A stretch of DNA of 64,000 nucleotides from Chrysomallon squamiferum (GCA_012295275.1 CM022665.1:22320001-22384000); one strand, 5' to 3'; positions 11,711 to 27,099 are shown, counted from the stretch's first letter. Translations and numbers: made by a program. The notes: generated by a model from the sequence alone, not told the origin.

Positions 11711-14467
11711 TTATAATAATAAAAAACCGAAAGGGAAGATTGAAAAAGCATGAACTTGAAAATTTGGAAAAAATACAGATAATCTGAAATATAAAATCAA
11801 TTCAACAATGTATTGATAGCAAATGAGAAACATTCTTACAACATATCTACGATGACTTCATGATTTTCTCTTGGGGCAGAGTGGAACATCAGTATTTATT
11901 TCTAGTAACATGTCTTGAGTTAAGAAAGCTAATTTAATGGAGAAATTAAAAAATTGCACTGTTTTGTTTTTTTGTTATTCACAATGACAGTTAGCTAAAC
12001 TGACTAAATATCTGTTCTGAAACAGCGTAATTACAAAAAGCAGAAACCAGAAACCAAATTTAATCTTAATAATTACGTTGCAAGATTGTAAGGGTAATAT
12101 TGTTTGGAATAACTGAATAATGTATTAATTATTAATTTAATTTGTTTCAGAATATAATTATACTTACATAACATTTTATTTTTCTTCTTTTTTAAAATAA
12201 TTTTTTAAACATCAGATATATTTTGTTCAGTCTATGGTGATTTCATTTGTTTAAGCCACTCTTGGCAGAGCAGTATTACATTTCTATTTCAGCTTTTGGT
12301 GATCAGCAGAATCAAACATTGCCCAACAGTTTAAATTAAACTCAAACTTCTTGAGATTATCCCCTCCTGCAGAAATATTCACTAAAAATGAACTCTGCTC
12401 CATCAAATAACATTTAAAAAAAACTTTAAACATTTTTAAAAAGGCAAATACAGGCTTTGCAGAACAAACAAATCATACTGGACATGTCCAATTCAATAAG
12501 TTGAAAAAAAAAAAAAAATGTAATAAAACTATTCAACACAGCATTAACATGAAAACTAAATTAACAAATCTTACTTCTATTTTCAATTGGTATTTGTCCT
12601 GATGCTTGATCATAAGTATATTTTGTAACAACATTATCAAGATGAAGTTTGATCAATAAACAATTGATTTTTAATAATAAAAGAAAAAAAAAATTAAATT
12701 ATTAATTTACTCAAAAAGCATCCATTTCAATTTGAAATCAAATGGTTTTCTTTCATTAAAAAAAGGGGAAGTTTGATTGTTGTGCTACTACAAAATACTG
12801 TGGACAGTTAAAATATAATTGACTCCAGTCATTATGAAATTTTAAGGATTTAGAAAATTATTTGTATCTAAAGTATATGCAAAAAGTTATTTTTAAGTAG
12901 AAAACCTTACAAAAGTCACACTTTGAAATGTGTGAAGGTGTTCAAAGTACTGTCCAGGCAGTTTTTATCAAGTGGAATCGAAATTGCATGCTTGTTTCAA
13001 AACACTAACTTAGCCATAGGCTGAATATTTTGTCAATCAAACAAAAAACATGATTGAATATGTTATACATAAAAACATACATGTATCCCACAGCTACAGA
13101 AAACATTCGATGTTCAAGTAACCCTCCCTTTTATTCAAACACACTGCTGCAAAGCTGAAGTATGTATTATAAAGAAGGAAAATAATATCAGTCAAATTAA
13201 ATTTCATTTGCTGTTATAAAATTGTTATGGCAACTGAACTGAGTTTAATCACCAAACTGCATTTTACACTGAACTGAGATGCTAAAATATTTTTTTGTTA
13301 AACATCACTAGTAAGATGAAAATCACAACAGATCTGTCAGAGCATATAATGGTGGTTTTGTTTGTATGAGCTGTGGGAAATCAGAAAACAAAAGTTGAAA
13401 ACATCAACACATAACTTGGTGTCCTCCCAGAGGACTGCATCAACACTAATACTAGATTTAGTATTGCAGTTTTACAACAAATCTCGCCAAACATTTTAAA
13501 TACAAAGCAACCAACAAAGCATTCTTTCTCAAACAAGCTGAAAATGGCAACTGGTTAAACCAATTAAATGTAGAATTTCTCCAGAATTTACATATATATT
13601 TTAACCAAAGGAAAAAAAATATATGTATTTTTCAAATTTTAGAGACGACAAATTATGCTATTTCATTTAAATTATCTCTAATTTTATTTCAGTTGTAATT
13701 TCTCTGTTTTTATTTTATTTAAATTCAAGAATCAAACGCTAAAAAAAAAAAAAAAAAAAAAAGTTTTAAAATATACCATGTAACTTCTCACAAATCTTTG
13801 AAAAATGACTTTTTACAATTTTTGAATTACAGAAAATAATGTTTTCCTAAATAAAAATATAACAAGATATTTAATGGTAGGAATGCCAGCTGCCAGTTTA
13901 TCAGAAAAATAGTTTATCAGTGGATTTTAACAACAAAATGTTTCATACACAGTCAATGTGTGAACCAGCACAACCTGGTGCAAAACTAAATCAGGAAAAT
14001 AAATAACAGAAATTTCCGATTATTATTTTCATTTTGGAAATAACATAAGCAAATTAAAACCATATAATAAATAAAATCAAACACATAAATAAATTCAATC
14101 TGACAAAATGAAATTGTAAACAAAAAGTGGCACATTATGATACAAAATAATGTTTACCTACACCAACAAAACTAAGGAGAAAAATATAATGCATACACAG
14201 GAGTATTACAGGGACTATCTTTCTGGTCAAAACTATTAGGCATTTCAATTGATTTTCTTATCCGTCTTCTTTCATTTTCTAATATATCTATTTCTAGTAA
14301 CAAGTTATTATGCTTTTTTTAATCCATAACATTCTGACTGGAATATATTAAATTCCTTTTATTAAAAATAAAAATTAAATTACTTTATAACATTAATAAC
14401 TAGAAAAAAAACCTGAAGGTTCCTTCTTTTGTATTTTTGTTGCAATCTTAGAAAGTCACTGGAGCAA

Positions 14468-14468
<1 letters not shown>

Positions 14469-14505
<37 letters not shown>

Positions 14506-14561
14506 AAAAAAAAAAAAATAATAATAATAATAATAATAATAATAATTATTATTATTATTAT
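14469..14561. repeat. Poly(A) followed by (AAT)n/(ATT)n forming a 32-bp perfect AT palindrome (14530-14561)
   Basis: Direct reading; centre of symmetry between 14545 and 14546. Confidence 0.85.
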
Positions 14562-15072
14562 AATAATTATAATTTGCTTTATAAATTTAAATGTACAATC
14601 ATTTTAATCGTCTGCTGTTAACAATAAATGCTCTTTCCAAAATTATGCTTATAAAATATAAAATAATTATAACCAGATGACAATCAGTACAGAATAAACA
14701 TGTTTGGTTTTTCAGAAGATGAAATAGTGTTAAAAGTGGTGAAAAATTCACAACCTGTTTTTGACAAATATACTGCCTGTTTCATTTAGTTTAATTTTAT
14801 AATACAAATTTTAATTCTTTTTTATGGAATAATGTTACAATATACTGATTATCAAAAAAAGAAACAAGCAATATAATAACAGAAATTCCTGTTTAAAAAG
14901 AAAGTCAAGAAAGCCTGCCAAGATCATAGCCTAGTACATCAAAGACACACTTTTATTTTATTTTTTATTCTGACTCATCATTTGAAAGACATTTCTTTTA
15001 TGACCATCAACAATAATTTAAAAAGCATTCAATTTAAAAAATTGTCTGTTTGTCTTTCTTTTTGTTTTTTAA

Positions 15073-15114
<42 letters not shown>

Positions 15115-16655
15115 CTTTAACATTCATGAAGCATGAAAGCTGAGGAATCAATTTCATAGAAATCTGCCTAGTGATATGAAATTTTTTTGCATCTCTGAGG
15201 AAATACAGGAGACAAAAACTTTTTTTTTGTATAGACTAAATTTTGGCCATTATTTATAAACAATTCATTATACTTTATTATTATTATTATTATAATTTTT
15301 GTTATTTGTATTTTTTTTTAAAACCAAAAAAAAAAAAAAAAAACCTATGATAATTTAATAAAAACAACTTTTTTTTTTTAATGGAATAACAGAGCACAGG
15401 TATTGGCATACATTCTACATTAACTAAAACACAGGAAAACCAACCTATTACAACTACTATCTAACCCACTTTTATATGCACTGGTATGAATTATACACCC
15501 AAATTTTAATCCTGTAATTTTTTCTGTGTTAATAAATAGATTTTACAGAATAAAAAGAAAGGACAGGATAATAATAATTCAGAAAACAAAAACTGACCAG
15601 TCCCATTTTGAAAAGCAACCAATTCTCCAGGTTATCTGGATTTCTTAACAAGCAGTTTCAACTATAAATATATATGTATATATATTTGTCTATACAAGAT
15701 ATACATGAACATTTCACTTGTTTTCAAAGAAAGTAATTTCAAGGCACTTCTGAAAATTGTTATAATGTACTATTGTATTAACAACAGAATATAGGATAAT
15801 ATTGTTATGAACAATACATTTTTTTTATTAACTGTTTTACATCAAGTAAATAAGATTATACGTTATTGTTAACAGTAAAGTTTTATGAACTGGTTTTATG
15901 TCAATAACCAATACAAACTTACACTGTACAAAAAGCAATTACTTGAGATCGGGAATACAGGCATTATTATTTTATACAAATTGAGCAAAATACACATGAC
16001 TAGTTACTGAAAGAAATATATTTTTATATATATAAAATTTAAATTATAGATAAAAAAAAAAAACAAGGGGAAATTGTGAAAAAAGGTTATGTCATGTAAT
16101 GCAGATGGCACTGGCACAAAATGAAAGGTAATTTAAAAAAAATTAATATGGAATTTAGCAATTGTTTTAGAAGTATTTTTGTATATTTTAAACAAAAATT
16201 ATTATTTATTTTTAAAAAAAGAATTCTAAAAACTATGGATTTTAAATATATTTGATTACATTTTTATTATTCAATTTTAATGATTTCTCTGTAGTTAAAA
16301 GTATACTCAAAACTGCATTTCATTTATTTTCAAACATGCCAATCTTAATTTTTCTGAAATAAAAAAAATACTGTAATTCTTTATTTAAAAAAAGAAAATA
16401 ATTTTATCGTTAGCCTGATTCCTCCCCAATAGTTAGTCATCAGTGCAAAGTCTGACCCTGTGACAAAAACATAAAAATAATTTCTCATGTTTGACCACTG
16501 TACCTGCAGTGTTCACAGAGACATACATACATTCATCTCCATTCATACAGTTTCTGTAAAACATTAAAACACTACAAAAATCAACATGGAATGCTGCAGA
16601 AAATTACAACTATAAAACCCCAAAAACTAACAGAAAATACTTTAAAATAATTCAG

Positions 16656-16691
<36 letters not shown>

Positions 16692-18557
16692 CTGATCCTT
16701 ATTTGAGAAAAAAACAAACTAAAATAATAATAAAAATCACCAAAAACAATGTAAACAAAAAACAAAACTAGCAAATCATAAATTTATGGCATTATCATTT
16801 TTTCTTCTTCTTCAAGTTCACAACCAACTTTAGATTTCATGATAATACAGACAAGTGAAAATTTCAATATAGTGAATATATAGCATATGAAAACTGACAG
16901 ACTATAGCAATTTGTTACTTATGTTTTTTCTTTTGCATTTAACATATGAACTGGTAAATGTTTTACATTATTTAAATGTATTCATCATATACTATAAAAA
17001 GAAATGAAACCTTTGGTTTAAATACAAATAAAGCTAAAATACTAATGCATTTGTTTTTTATTTTGATATAAAAAGCAGTTATGGTTTTAGAGCAGCAAGT
17101 GGTAAATGTACAAAATACTGTAACTCAGTTTTATGGGTTTTGAGAGAGAGGGCTCTAAATAAAAAAGCAAAAATATTTTGGGGAATTTAGCACTTTCAAA
17201 GTTTTTTCAAGCATATAAACATTTTAAGAAATAAAATTAAAATGAACATGAATACAACAGCATTTAAAAAAAAAAGAAAAGAAATCACATCAAGTAATAC
17301 CTTCACTTGATCTAATATTAACTAGTAAAAAATAAAATACATAACACACTGTAATAACAACAGTTACAACTTTACACCATTCCAGAAGACTTTTGATGCC
17401 ATATTCTAATAAAATATTAGTGTTTGTACGAAAATATTACTAATGAGTTTTCTTTAAAAGTGAAATTAAAAATATATTTAGCATTTTGGCATGCCAAAAC
17501 AATGGTTTTCAAGGCACTATTGCGATTATGCTACTAGCCAAATCACTTGTCTATTAAAATTTGGAAAGACCAAATGCTTTTGCATTAGATATGTTCAGGT
17601 AGAATAGACATGTTTTTAAATGTCACTACACTGTACAAAAAGCAAACTCATCAGCTTAATTCTTTCTAACAATATTTACTAATATATTCACATCATCAGC
17701 AGTAGGGTTTATTTCATCATACAACTATTTAAATCAGTGAAAAATACCTGACAATAGGTATAACGATTATATTCACTGCGAAATGCAATGCTTCCTCTGT
17801 AGCTGGTATCGACTCATAATGTTTTACAACATCATGCACACCTTTTTAATAATAAAAATAATATTCCTTTCATTCAACAAAATGGTTACAATGTTATTAT
17901 CATACACTGTAGAAATACGTGAACAGTTTTGTTTTGTAATGGCACAAGGAACAAGTACAAGCACCAAACAGACAACTCCAACAGAACAGAATTATATCTT
18001 TACCATTAACCATTTTACTAACAAAACCATTATGCAGTACAAATTTAAAGTATGTTTCTATATGTTTTACATCCATTTTCTTTCTCCATTTTAAAAAAAA
18101 TTCTCTGATCAGTGTTTTTCATTAATTTTAATATAATCTACCTCAAAACATTTTTAAAAAATTGTGTCAAATTTGTCATATTATAAAATTTAGAAGCAAA
18201 AAGTAACATAATAATAGAGATCTGTTTCTCCCAGTGTAAAAATGGTATCAGCTGCAATTAATATTACTGAGAGGTTTCTACAAAGGTTATCTGAACTGTA
18301 ATGGTAGGAAAATGCACTTTACAAGTTTAGTCTGTACCACACCGACAGAAGACACCAACTGCCTGTAGCTGGAGAAGCACTATGCAAAATACAACAACTA
18401 AAGAGGAACAGTGCTGATAACACAACCACCACATTAACACAGATTTCATATTAAGCAAGGGCCATAATATCGGTCTTCCTTCCAACTGCAAAGCCACAAG
18501 TCAACTCTGAAGTCAGAATTCACAGGTTAGTTCATTATTTTGGCATCATTTTTGTAG

Positions 18558-18562
18558 TTAAC
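18558..18562 (-). CDS. SAMD4: Smaug terminal coding exon (completes Gly, then TAA), continuing into the 3'UTR
   Basis: Strong poly-T TAG acceptor at 18563-18565, then GT TAA in phase 1. Confidence 0.6.
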
Positions 18563-21500
18563 CTAAAAAAAAACAATAAAAAAAACACCAAAAAGGTCAC
18601 CATTAAATAACTTATGTGGTAACAGAAATCAGAAGGAATTACTGACTACATTTATTTAATTAATAACATAAAACAAATTAATCTGTAACTGTCTTTTAAA
18701 AAATTAAAAAATGAAAGCAAACAATATAATTGAAAGTTTATGTCTACCAAAGGGAGATAATTTATGCAGAATTTGAAAATGAAATCAGGTTAAATATTTA
18801 TCAAATAATTTTACTATTGTCATTAAATATTAAATCAGAAATTTTGTTATTATATGTTCTAAACAGATTATAAGAAGTTTGTAATATTTCTGTGTTTCTC
18901 CAACACAGATGCATAGCACATTCACATGCACTTACAAGTTTAATAAATGACAGAAAAAAGAGTTATTTACCTAAACTGCCTAGTGCATGTTCTGTCATGC
19001 TAATGCACAGGGAATCCAATCGGGCATTTATTTCATCAGTTGAACCTTGGTCGTTTGCTTTAATAATTACAATTAAAAATAATTTTGTTAAATATTTTTA
19101 ATTTATAATAATGATTATCCATTTTAATGATTTTAATCATGAGAAATAAAACTTCCTAAATTTTCAAATGCTTCATTTTTATCATTCTTCTTAAAATAGA
19201 CCAAAAAGTATAAAATACATTTTATTACTGTAATCTCCTTTCAGTTAAAGTTATTTCTGAAACTTTATGGAGGAAATGTATCTTGTCTAAATGTTTACAT
19301 TCTGAATATGAATAAATATGATTATATTAATATCACTGAATGTTATTTTTTTTAATTTTTAATTGAAACAGGTGTAAATAAAAACATTAATGGTAAATAA
19401 AAAGATCCTAAATGTAACAAGTAACTGAAACACTTAATTAATAATTTTATAATAAAAAATTACCTGATACTGATACTGAGAGAGTTCCAGGTCGAATTGG
19501 CAGTGAGTGTGTTCTAGTTACTTGTTGCTTACCCTAGGAGAAAAAAAAAAATTAAATTAAATTAAATTAATAAAATTTTAAATTAAAAGAACACTAAAAA
19601 TCTGTTACATCAGGAAAATCCTCAAAAATCCTCAAAAATGTCCTGAGCTTTCTTTAAAAAAAAGTTTTGTTTTACTTAAATCCATTACTTTTGTACACAG
19701 AGTAAAATTAAAAACAACAAAAAAAAAAAAAAAAAAAAAAAAAACCAAAGATCTTCAGTATAAATATATAGCAAGCTTACTATTAATTCTGGAAATGGAT
19801 ACTCAGAGATAATCATGTAGTTCACATTATTATTATCATCTATATCTGACAATACACATATCTTTATCTAGTTATGAATCGATCAAAACCAATTATTGAC
19901 CTAACTATTATGATATTGTACTATATATTTATGTCAGCAGCTCTTCCTTCTGCCTTTTCTTTGCAGTCCTGAAATCTTAAATAATGAGTAATTATGTTAT
20001 TACCTCAAGAAGTCCTGGTTTGTTAGCAAGTGAAGTGTTGAGAGAGTTGTTTCTCTGGAGAGGAACATGTCCAGCTGAAGAAGCACCAACAACAGATCTT
20101 TTTGTTCCAAAGCTCCACTGTTGTGGGCCTGTCTTTTGTGGAATTCGATTCTGTTTGGCAAATGAGCTTGTTATCAGTGGAAATGTATTTCCCCACCTGA
20201 AAAGAAATGTCACTGTTAATGTGAAAAAAAGCATTTGCTATTGAAGGATATTTCCCAACCCCCTCCCTTTTCATCTCAGAAGAAATTATTTTGAATTCAC
20301 AAAGGCAATATAGTAATGTCAAAAATATCTATGGATATATGTAAAAAAAAAAAAAAAAAAAAAATTTCAGTCACCTAGGGTAAAAATGGTCAACGGGATA
20401 AAACAAAGAAATATGATTTCAACTTCACCATATCAAAACTTACTATTGCTAGTATTTTTATCAACAGAAGTATTTTTTCAAGTAAGCAAAAATATTATGC
20501 TAAAAGGTAACACATTACTGAAACATAAAATTTTTAATATTTAGAACAAAAAATTAGTTTTTAATTATTATTTTTGCTGAACTAAAGTATTTGTTTTTTA
20601 AATAAATAGTAAGTTGTATTTCAAGGCTGTTTTTTTGTCTGTGAACAAATCACTTTATAAACTGAATACTGCAAACAATAAAATAAAAATTTCCAAAATA
20701 ACCTTGTATTGTCCATATTGTGAATATTCAAACATCTCTGCACAATGTAATGTAGAGGTTTAAAAAATTATAAGCACCTTCAACTTAAGTACTACACATG
20801 CAGTCATTTTTTATTCAAACATGTGTACACAGTTACTATGTATTACAACTATCCTTACCCTTTCCTGGGTTTATCACTATATTTATGTGGTGGCGGTTGC
20901 CAGATTTTCTGTGCCTGAAGCTTCCATGTTGATAGCAGATTTTTCTGTTTGTGTGTAAAAGCCTACAAAAAAAAAAAAAAAAAAATCATTATTTGAATGA
21001 AAATTAAATTAAATGAACAAGTTTCAATCCTGTATTTTTGCTTTTTTATTAATTTTTTAAAAATGTATTATTATTCATTTAAAGTTTACATTCACAGGAT
21101 ATTTTATTACTAAGTTATTGTTATTATAAAGTATGTATAAATGCATTTAGCAGTGATGATTTAATTATAAACAAAAATAGCCACATAGTTTTATGTGTTT
21201 CTAGAGCACAGCTACATTACATCCATTTTAAATGAAGTGCTCCAACACAAATGACTGATGAGAAATGAAGAGTTACATACAGGCTAATTGTGGGTTCACC
21301 CAAATTTAAAACAATTCTTAAGCTGTATGATTGTATCTGGCATTTTTTCAAGAAATGCTTCAAAATTCATTAAGCTTGTTCATACTCAAATAATGCAGAG
21401 ACAAATGCATGGGTGCGTGTATGTTGTGTGTCTTGTGTATGTGTATTATTTGTTATAATTTAAATAGCACGCATGTTTTCAGTATAATGACTAAATAAAA

Positions 21501-24500
21501 AGTGTGTAAAATTCATCCATGTGTAGAATTATTACCTCATGATTCAGACACTTGTCAATGAGCTGAAGGAAGATTGTGAAACATTCATCATCTGGACGAC
21601 TACACAACAGTTGTGTACAAACTGAAAAAAAAGTTTTAATTAAATGTTTTAATTTTAAAATAAAAATATAACTTTTTCCATGTACACATTTTGTTATGTA
21701 ATGAGAGGAACTCATCTGCTATGACTTCATTTCACTGATTAGCAGCAAAGCAGCATGAATAAACATTTTTTATGATTAGTAATGTACAGACTAGCCTATA
21801 TATAACAACCACAGCAACACTAAAGTTTGCTAATTATGTGACATGTCACACTGATTTGCAGCATACTCTAATTTAGACATTCAAATGGTATCAATGACTG
21901 AACAAGATACAGCTGTATTTCATTATAACATAGATGTAAATGAGGAAAATGTAAGCATTAAAAGGTTCTTAAAAACAAAAATAATTTAATTTAAAAAAAT
22001 TAAAAATTATAAAAAAACATTTCTCTCAAAATCTTGAATTTCTATTTTTTCTATACACTTTCTGTTTTTAGAAAGAGAACTAACTTGTCAGTCTTTCTTT
22101 GTTTTTCAAATTATTTTAACAGATTAAAAAAATAAGAATTGCTATAACATACCTTTTCCCATAAGTCTTACAAACTGACTGGGAAGGTCTCCTTCAGCAA
22201 TCTTTTGACCATCAGCATCTGGAGAGGATGGGGAGGATGGGGATGATGTTGGGACATTTGAAGTACCCACATATTTGATTGGTGTGTTTAGCATGCTGCG
22301 CATTTCACTGATTGCCTGTTTTATTGAGCCACCATTCATAATATCCTGGAAGTAATAAAAAAAAAAAAAAAAAAAATCAAATTAGTACATTTTATCAATA
22401 CTTTTAAGCAACATGCCCATATTTTAAAATGCTTAAGCTGTACTAACTGCAAGAAATTAGCAGAAAATTATCATCTTTGATATACATAGAAAAAAGCCAT
22501 TAATATTAAAATGAATATGAAAAATGGTAGAGGATTAAAACTGAAAAAGAAAAAGAAAACAAACAAAAAAAAAAAAAAAAACCCAACAACAACCAGCCTT
22601 TCAGAAAATATAATTAACATTATAAAAGCACCATTAAGAACTAATTATTACTCTAAGTACCTTTTCCAATGAAATGAGCAAACTCTGTCGTTCTCTCAGT
22701 TTTGCAATACTCAAAATAATCTTATGTCGAGCACCTTTAGTAACATTCTGAAAAAAGAAAAACAATTTATATTAAGATTTACAGAGAAGATAATATATGC
22801 TGCATGCAGTTCATTTTAATTAGAAATAGCTTTTCAATCATAAATCTTATCTTATTAGCTATTTCAGTTCAGATTTCCTCAAGCAAAATTATTTTTTGCT
22901 TTTGCATATGGTCATTTTCCCCTAATATCAGCATGGCAAATGACATGTGTTATAGGAAAGACATTTTGCTATTTCAGAAATGTCTTTTCAAATCCTGAAA
23001 TTGAAGTTTTAAACAACAAGAAACTGTGATTTTATATTAAAAATAAACTGTATAAAATATTTGTCTGTTATATAAAAGCCTTACTTAAATAATTTTGAAC
23101 AGTTATCATAATTTCTTTTATTTACATATTATTTTTAATTTTTTTTTTTTTTTTTTTTCAAGACTACAAAATTCTCAACTTTTCTAACTAATTTTTTTCT
23201 TCAGGCATAAACAAAACAGTAATGTGGATCAAATATCTTTGTATTTCACATTTCTTTTTCAGTTTTTAAAACAAAGTTATTGTATATAATTACAAAATTA
23301 AAAAAAAAAAAAAGTAGTCAAAACGCATTAAAAAAAAAAAAAAAATCAGTAGGATACTTGATATATGTAGATCCTCAATTTTTATTACAGTGTTATGCCC
23401 TAGATTAAGTGAAGCAAGTCATCGTTTTTTTTTTCATTTTTTAAACTTAAAGGTGTGTACTAAATTTGTTTTCTTTACCCCAAGATAATTATTATATAAA
23501 ACATGCAAGCTGTTAATATATTTGAGATGCACATACTTCATATCATGACATCACCCCAACTCATTTATTTTTCCCATTTAAAAAAAGGAAAATCCAACCT
23601 GTTGCTAGGTAACCTGTCATTACATGAGCTTTGGTTGATTGCATTATCTTAATCATGTAATCCAGCACAGAGAATGAAAAGAAAATAATTAGATTCTTTA
23701 CCTGCAGCTGACAGTGAACATAATAATTATGCTCTTCTATTTTTACAGAATATACACATTTCTCAATAACATACACTGGATGCAAGATTTGTCATGCATC
23801 ACTGCCTGCTGTTTAATTTGATGGATAATGCGAAATGCATTATACTCAACAGCAGTATGTGTGTCAAGTTGAATAGATTTTATGAAATACAAGTACCGAC
23901 ATGAATTATCACTGTTCTGTGGTAAATGAGAGTTGGTGTTGTTTTCTTTTTCCACCCTCTTTCTTTTCTTTTTCCCACTGGTTTTTTATGTGGTATTTAG
24001 GTACAATGACTCACAGGCATGCACTCATGCAAGCACGCGTGCACCCACCCACCCACACACACAAATAAATAGATTCTCAAAAACACATAAACACAAACAA
24101 AAAGGTACATGAATTTATAATAACACAACTTACTGTAGAAACCAAAGTAAAATGTATGTTCTGTTAAACACAAAATGTAATCATAACATTGGTTATGCAA
24201 AAGAAGGGTGTACTGCAGCTTATATAGAAAATTTACAACTAATTTTTTTCTTTACAAAGATATAAATAAAATAAATTTCAAAGCTTTCATGTTTAGTCAT
24301 CATAAGAAATTTAAAAAAATAAAAAAATTAAAATCTTTTTTGTTTCCCCCCACATATACAGACACATGTACTTTCACACTAAAGTGAACTTAATCTGATG
24401 ATTCATCTTTTTCTTTTTGTGGTGGAAGGGGTGAATGAGGAGTTTTGAAAATGTTTAAGTACTGAAATATGTACAAACATGAAGTTTCCCCTTTAAAAAA

Positions 24501-27068
24501 AATCTCATAATGATACATACTTGTGTTTCAAGCCATTCCTCTGAAAGGTTGAGCATGTCCTCATATATCATTTGTCGAAACAGATAGGCATACTTGTGCA
24601 ACCGGAGACTTTTCAGCCAAACAGGAACATCTGAATTAAAAATAAAGAAATAGAGAGATGGAAAAAGTTGTACACACACACACACACACAAACTTTCTCA
24701 AATGATTAACAATATAGAATCTTTAGTTTTAAAAATGCAGATAAACAAGGCAATTGTTCAGTATTGTTTCCATGAATAATTTTAGTCTCACTATTTTTAT
24801 TACTAATAAAGGTAATTTTGTAATTTCCAAATGTTAAATAAAACCCCCAAAAATCCACTAATTTAAAATATGACATAATTATTTACTCAGCAGATAACAG
24901 ACTGAATTGGAATCCACTGGACAAGATGTATTTTCTAATGATGTGTAATGGGGGAATAAAAAAAAGAAATAACATTTAGGTGCAGCTGTGTGCAAATCCT
25001 CACTAATTCTTCTTAAATAAGAAACTTTGGAAAATGAATTCCTAAGTACTAGTGATTATTATTCTTTTTAAAAAATGTTCTTTTCAAAGAATTCTAGTTG
25101 AAAAACATTTATAAAACTTTAGAAACTGTATTATTATTATATTATCATATAAACTTGCATATTAGTTGATTCCCCCACCTGAATGCAAAAAATGACCTGC
25201 TTACAAGCCGACTTGATATTTTGCCAAAACACTGAAATATATTTTATCAGTGTCAAATCATTCAACATTTGTTTTTTTAATTATTATTTTTACAGGTGTA
25301 TATTTTTTTAGTATGTCTAAACATGACCAACAACCTATGAACTATTCAACACTAGTGCTACTGGTACACATGAACTTCACTGCTAGTTTGCTAGCGTGTT
25401 ATTTTGTCCATTATATTTTGAAGCATCTTCCATACTATGCATGCACTTGGCAATAAAAGCAAATAATTAAGTTCATTATTTTTTTTTAAACTGGAATCCC
25501 TATTTTGAATTTGAAACAAAATTTAATTTCTCTCTGAAATTTATCACCTAAAATATATTATCTTTAACCAAAAAAATGTCACCAGTTATAAAATTATATT
25601 TTTATAAATGTTTCTTTTCAAACATTAGCATATTATTACATAAATATATGCAATAAATGTTTTGTATTTAATGTCAAAAACTGTCACTAGATGTGAATCA
25701 CAGGGATCACTGTTGTCATGATTATCCTCATAACTCGTCATTTACAATTGTTTCTGCAGCTTCCTTGGAATATCCTAAGTCATTGTACAATTCTTTTTCA
25801 GTCCTATCCAAGTCTTCAGGAATGTCATTTCATCCCATTTCAAAACCATTTGCACATAATTTCAAGTTATTCATATATGTGTTCATTCACCTTATTTACT
25901 TTTTGATATTATCCATTAAGCATGCCCAAACCATGTTCCACTGAAGTAGTAAAATGTGTAATGGCTCCAGATTTAGTACCCCACACATCTTTTAGCCACT
26001 GATGAAAAAAGGTATTTATCTACCCATCCTTCTGGCTACATTGCAGTCTTTTCTCTGGGTAGCATTTTTCTTTTAAAAATAACCACTGGCTTTAGTTTTG
26101 TTCTGTCAGCCAAACAAGCTAAAACCACTGCAAAATGTTACTTTGTGGTTCCACTTGTTTTCACTGAAATGGTGCTGTCACCTTTCAAAAGAAATGCAGA
26201 AAAAATACTGCAACTCCCAGGCTGGGCTGATTTCTCTGTTGAAATCATGATCTCCATGCACTCAAAATGTGAAAGCAAATAGTTAAAATACACTATGTTA
26301 CAAATTGTTCTTACAAAATTGTAAACAAATGAATATTTTGTATGATAAATTTTTTCTTTGCTTGTTTTTTTCTTTTTAATCAATATTTCTATGTAATAAC
26401 ATGTTGAGAAGAAAATCTCAAAATTTCAGAATATTTATTGAGATCTATTCAAAAAGAGGACTAAAAACAAAAATGTGCAAATACAAAATTGAAACTCAAA
26501 ATCTGATAGTTGTCCTATTTTATTTATATAAATTTGTGTGAAACAGCCATGAAATCAAATTTTACAAACAATGGTAACAGTTAAACAAAGAAGCTTGGGT
26601 TTGCAGTCATCCGACACATTTTAGCCAATTTTTGTCACTTATTGAACACTTAGGTTCATGATAGTTTTGTAGCCAATAATTCACAGAAATATATTCTTGT
26701 TTTTCTAGTACCAGTTTCTGATTAACAACAAATTGTTGTTTTCTTCTGCAAAAACTAATCTTTAGTTTAAGCATTCCTTTATACTAACTACATTTAAAAA
26801 AATTAATGAATGATTAAAAATTGACTAACTCCAACAGAATGAACAACCACACCAATATTTTTTACACTGGCATCATAATTACACAACTGATAAAAACAAT
26901 CACATTATATTATGTAGTTATAATGATCTGTTGAATGAACAAAATAATATACCAAGAGTACCATGTCATGTAATTGTGATGCTATGTGATCCTAAATCTA
27001 GTTTCCTAATAATAAAAACTATCTTAATTTCTACATTTCTTGGACGTTGCTAAGTCAACTTCCTCTCC

Positions 27069-27099
<31 letters not shown>

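Noticed and set aside
13880-13900. Two CUGGC words on the Smaug strand as possible autoregulatory Smaug recognition elements
   Set aside because: No flanking stem to present a CNGGN loop
19920-19970. Purine-rich possible alternative terminal exon ([15 protein letters not shown]) in Smaug intron 9
   Set aside because: It would need a 35-nt intron, too short to be credible
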